Shown here: piece after piece, positions 61,599-64,000 of the stretch
Numbering within the stretch: the stretch's first letter is position 1
Layout of the letters: every line of letters starts with the position of its first letter
Assembly: GCA_963817385.1 (NCBI GenBank)
Contig: CAWFOM010000025.1
Coordinates: forward strand, 42,845 to 106,844
Reading direction: 5' to 3'
DNA length: 64,000 nt
DNA from: an uncultured delta proteobacterium
Lineage (GTDB): Bacteria > Desulfobacterota > Syntrophia > Syntrophales > UBA5619
Program-made: the position numbers and the translations under genes
The notes under the pieces: model-generated
The model's database searches: none
What the model was told of the DNA's origin: nothing
What the model saw: only the letters and a program-made list of their open reading frames with translations

Positions 61599-63086
61599 AT
61601 GAGAACCAAAGAGGATTACATCAAAGGCCTGTCCAAGATGAAACGGAATCTTTACCACGACGGCCAGTTGCTCGACAGGACGGACGAACTCCAGATGGAT
61701 TGTCTCAACACCATCGGTACAACGTATGATGAGGCGGCCAAGCCGGAGAACCAGGAGCTGTGCACGGCGATTTCCCATTTGACGGGCGAGCGGATCAACC
61801 GCTTTACCCATGTCCATCAGAACAAGGACGACCTCCACAAGAAGCAGGACATGACGCGGATGCTCTGCCGGAAGGTCGGCGGCTGCATCCAGCGCTGCAT
61901 GGGGATCGACGGCACGAACGCCATCTACAACGTCTCCTACGAGGCGGACAAGGTGAACAAGGGGGCCACCCAATATCATGAAAACTTCAAGAAGTGGCTC
62001 ACCCGTTTCCAGACGGAAGACCTCATCGGTTGCTGCGCCCAGACGGACGTGAAGGGCGACCGGATGCTCCGCCCGGCCGACCAGCCGAATCCCGGCGCAT
62101 ACGTGCGGATCAAGGAGCGGCTGAAGGACGGAATCGTCGTCGAGGGATGCAAGGTCCATATCTCCGAGGCCTCCGTGGCCGACGAGGTCCTGGTCGTACC
62201 CACCCGGGCCTTGCGTCCCGAGGACAAGGACTATGCCGTGGCCTTCGCCGTTCCGGGAGACTGGGATGGGCTGAAGCAGGTTGTGACCATCCATAACCTG
62301 CGGCCGCGGGAACATTACAAGCGGGGATTTGTACCGGGGGCAACGGATTCCTATATGATTTTCGACAACTGCTTCGTGCCCTGGGAAAGGGTCTTTCTGG
62401 CCGGAGAATATCAGCACGGCGGCGCATGCGCGCTCCTCTTCGCCCTGTTCCACCGCCATTCCTATTCGGGCTGCAAGCCAGCCATCGGCGATGTCATCCT
62501 GGGAATGGCCGCCCTTGCCGCCGAGGTGAACAACATCCACAAACAGCCCCATGTGCGGGAGAAGCTGGCGGAGCTCATCATGACCATCGAGCTGGGGTAT
62601 GCCGCGGGCTACACGGCATCCGACCTGGGCAAACCGGAGGTCTTCATCCCCGGGATCGGTTTTGTCCCGTACGGCCCCGGTTCATACATCCCCAATTCGA
62701 TTTACTGCAACGTCGGCCGGTGCCTCTCGGGGGAGGCGGTCTGGCGCGAAGCGGAAATCCTCTGCGACATCGCCGGCGGCGTTGTCGCCACGTTCCCGCA
62801 CGAGAAGGATTTCCTGAATCCGGAGACGGGGGAACTGCTCCTCAAGTACACCAAGCGCAATCCCAACATGTCGGCGGAGGATCAGGCCAATTTCTGGAGA
62901 TTCCTGGGAGACGCCCTCTGTTCGGCCACGGGCGGGATCCACAACATCGGCAACTATCACGGCGGCGGCTCTCCGATCATGGAGCAGATCGCCATCACGA
63001 CGCAATACGACATCGAGTCCCGGAAGAAGCTGGTGAAGCACATCGCCGGTATGAGCGGCGGCGACCGCGAAGCCTGCGACAAATAG
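61599..63086 (+). CDS. abfD: 4-hydroxybutyryl-CoA dehydratase-like (HpaB/AbfD family)
   Basis: CIQRCMG and HRHSYSGCK 4Fe-4S ligands; TDVKGDR; HGGGSP. Confidence 0.75.
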   Translation: MRTKEDYIKGLSKMKRNLYHDGQLLDRTDELQMDCLNTIGTTYDEAAKPENQELCTAISHLTGERINRFTHVHQNKDDLHKKQDMTRMLCRKVGGCIQRCMGIDGTNAIYNVSYEADKVNKGATQYHENFKKWLTRFQTEDLIGCCAQTDVKGDRMLRPADQPNPGAYVRIKERLKDGIVVEGCKVHISEASVADEVLVVPTRALRPEDKDYAVAFAVPGDWDGLKQVVTIHNLRPREHYKRGFVPGATDSYMIFDNCFVPWERVFLAGEYQHGGACALLFALFHRHSYSGCKPAIGDVILGMAALAAEVNNIHKQPHVREKLAELIMTIELGYAAGYTASDLGKPEVFIPGIGFVPYGPGSYIPNSIYCNVGRCLSGEAVWREAEILCDIAGGVVATFPHEKDFLNPETGELLLKYTKRNPNMSAEDQANFWRFLGDALCSATGGIHNIGNYHGGGSPIMEQIAITTQYDIESRKKLVKHIAGMSGGDREACDK

Positions 63087-63165
63087 AGAGAGCCGGGCCG
63101 GGGATCATGCGCCGGCCGGGGAATCCATCGGTTCGAAGTCTGTCGGATGTGAGGAGGATTGAACC

Positions 63166-63975
63166 ATGTTTGATGTATCCCAATTTTCACTGACCGGAAA
63201 AGTAGCCGTCGTTACCGGCGGCGGCCGCGGGATCGGCCAGGCCATAGCGTTCGGCTTCGCCAAGGCCGGGGCGCAGGTGATCGTCACCAGCCGCAAGGCC
63301 CAGGATCTCGAGGCGACTGCCGCAGCGATCCAGGCATTCGGCGGCAAGGCGTTTCCCCTTCCGGCTCACCTGGGGAAGATGGAAGAAATCAACCGGATGG
63401 TCGATACGGTGATGGAGAAATTCAACCGGATCGACATCCTGGTCAACAACGCCGGCGCCAGCCCCGCGATGGGCTCCGTCCTCGAATCGGACGAGCGCCT
63501 CTGGGACACGATCATGAACGTGAACCTCAAGGGTGTCTACTTCGTCAGCCAGGCCGTGGCCAACATCATGAAGCTCCAGGGAGGCGGGAAGATCATCAAT
63601 GTCGCCTCCATCGACGGCTTCAATCCCGAGCCCTTCGTCAGCGTCTATTCCATTTCCAAGGCCGGTGTGCGCATGATCACGAAGGCCTTTGCCAACGAAC
63701 TGGCCTCCTTCAATATCCAGGTGAACACCATCGCCCCCGGACCGATCGATACGAAGATGATGAATTCCCACTGGGCGCACCTCCCGCCGGAAGAGGCCAA
63801 AAAGGCGAGGGGTGCCCTGGAAAAGATGCTGCCGACGGGCCGCCTCGGCCAGCCCGATGAAATCGCCGGCGCCGCTCTCTACCTGGCATCCGAGGCCTCC
63901 AGCTACACAACGGGCACCGAGATCGTCATCGACGGCGGCTTGATCCTGGGAAACCACTTGGCGATACCATCATAA
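63166..63975 (+). CDS. SDR oxidoreductase
   Basis: TGGGRGIG, NNAG, YSISK. Confidence 0.92.
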   Translation: MFDVSQFSLTGKVAVVTGGGRGIGQAIAFGFAKAGAQVIVTSRKAQDLEATAAAIQAFGGKAFPLPAHLGKMEEINRMVDTVMEKFNRIDILVNNAGASPAMGSVLESDERLWDTIMNVNLKGVYFVSQAVANIMKLQGGGKIINVASIDGFNPEPFVSVYSISKAGVRMITKAFANELASFNIQVNTIAPGPIDTKMMNSHWAHLPPEEAKKARGALEKMLPTGRLGQPDEIAGAALYLASEASSYTTGTEIVIDGGLILGNHLAIPS

Positions 63976-64000
63976 CGAAAGAGTCCTCCCCCGAGTCCCG

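Overview
GC-rich bacterial chromosome segment. Gene content suggests an anaerobic deltaproteobacterium such as Syntrophales (inference). Several core-type genes carry single-base frameshifts that look like assembly indels. The backbone includes thyX, a sugar-acid uptake and catabolism set (iolC-like kinase, SDR, ABC transporter, LarA-like protein, gnd, kdgK), TRAP plus acyl-CoA ligase, ABC efflux, a Tat-exported molybdenum hydroxylase, ilvBN with an attenuator, degP, a carboxyltransferase and an abfD-like gene. The main hidden finding is a MerB (organomercurial lyase)-like gene at 49622-50377 (-). The ORF track shows it as two fragments and misses its C-terminus. Both catalytic Cys positions are in-frame UGA codons, each followed by a SECIS-like hairpin, so it is a predicted double-selenocysteine MerB. 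It lies downstream of a MerR regulator with a 19-bp-spacer promoter, in an islet at the 3' end of ilvN. A second hidden selenoprotein (OsmC-like) lies at 5356-5820. A defence hotspot (17.4-26.5 kb) holds an Avs/STAND NTPase, an attC-bounded cassette, duplicated hicBA, higBA and an hsdR remnant. Four islets are flanked by diverged direct repeats of host gene ends, with no integrase in the window. All family calls come from motif recognition, not database searches.
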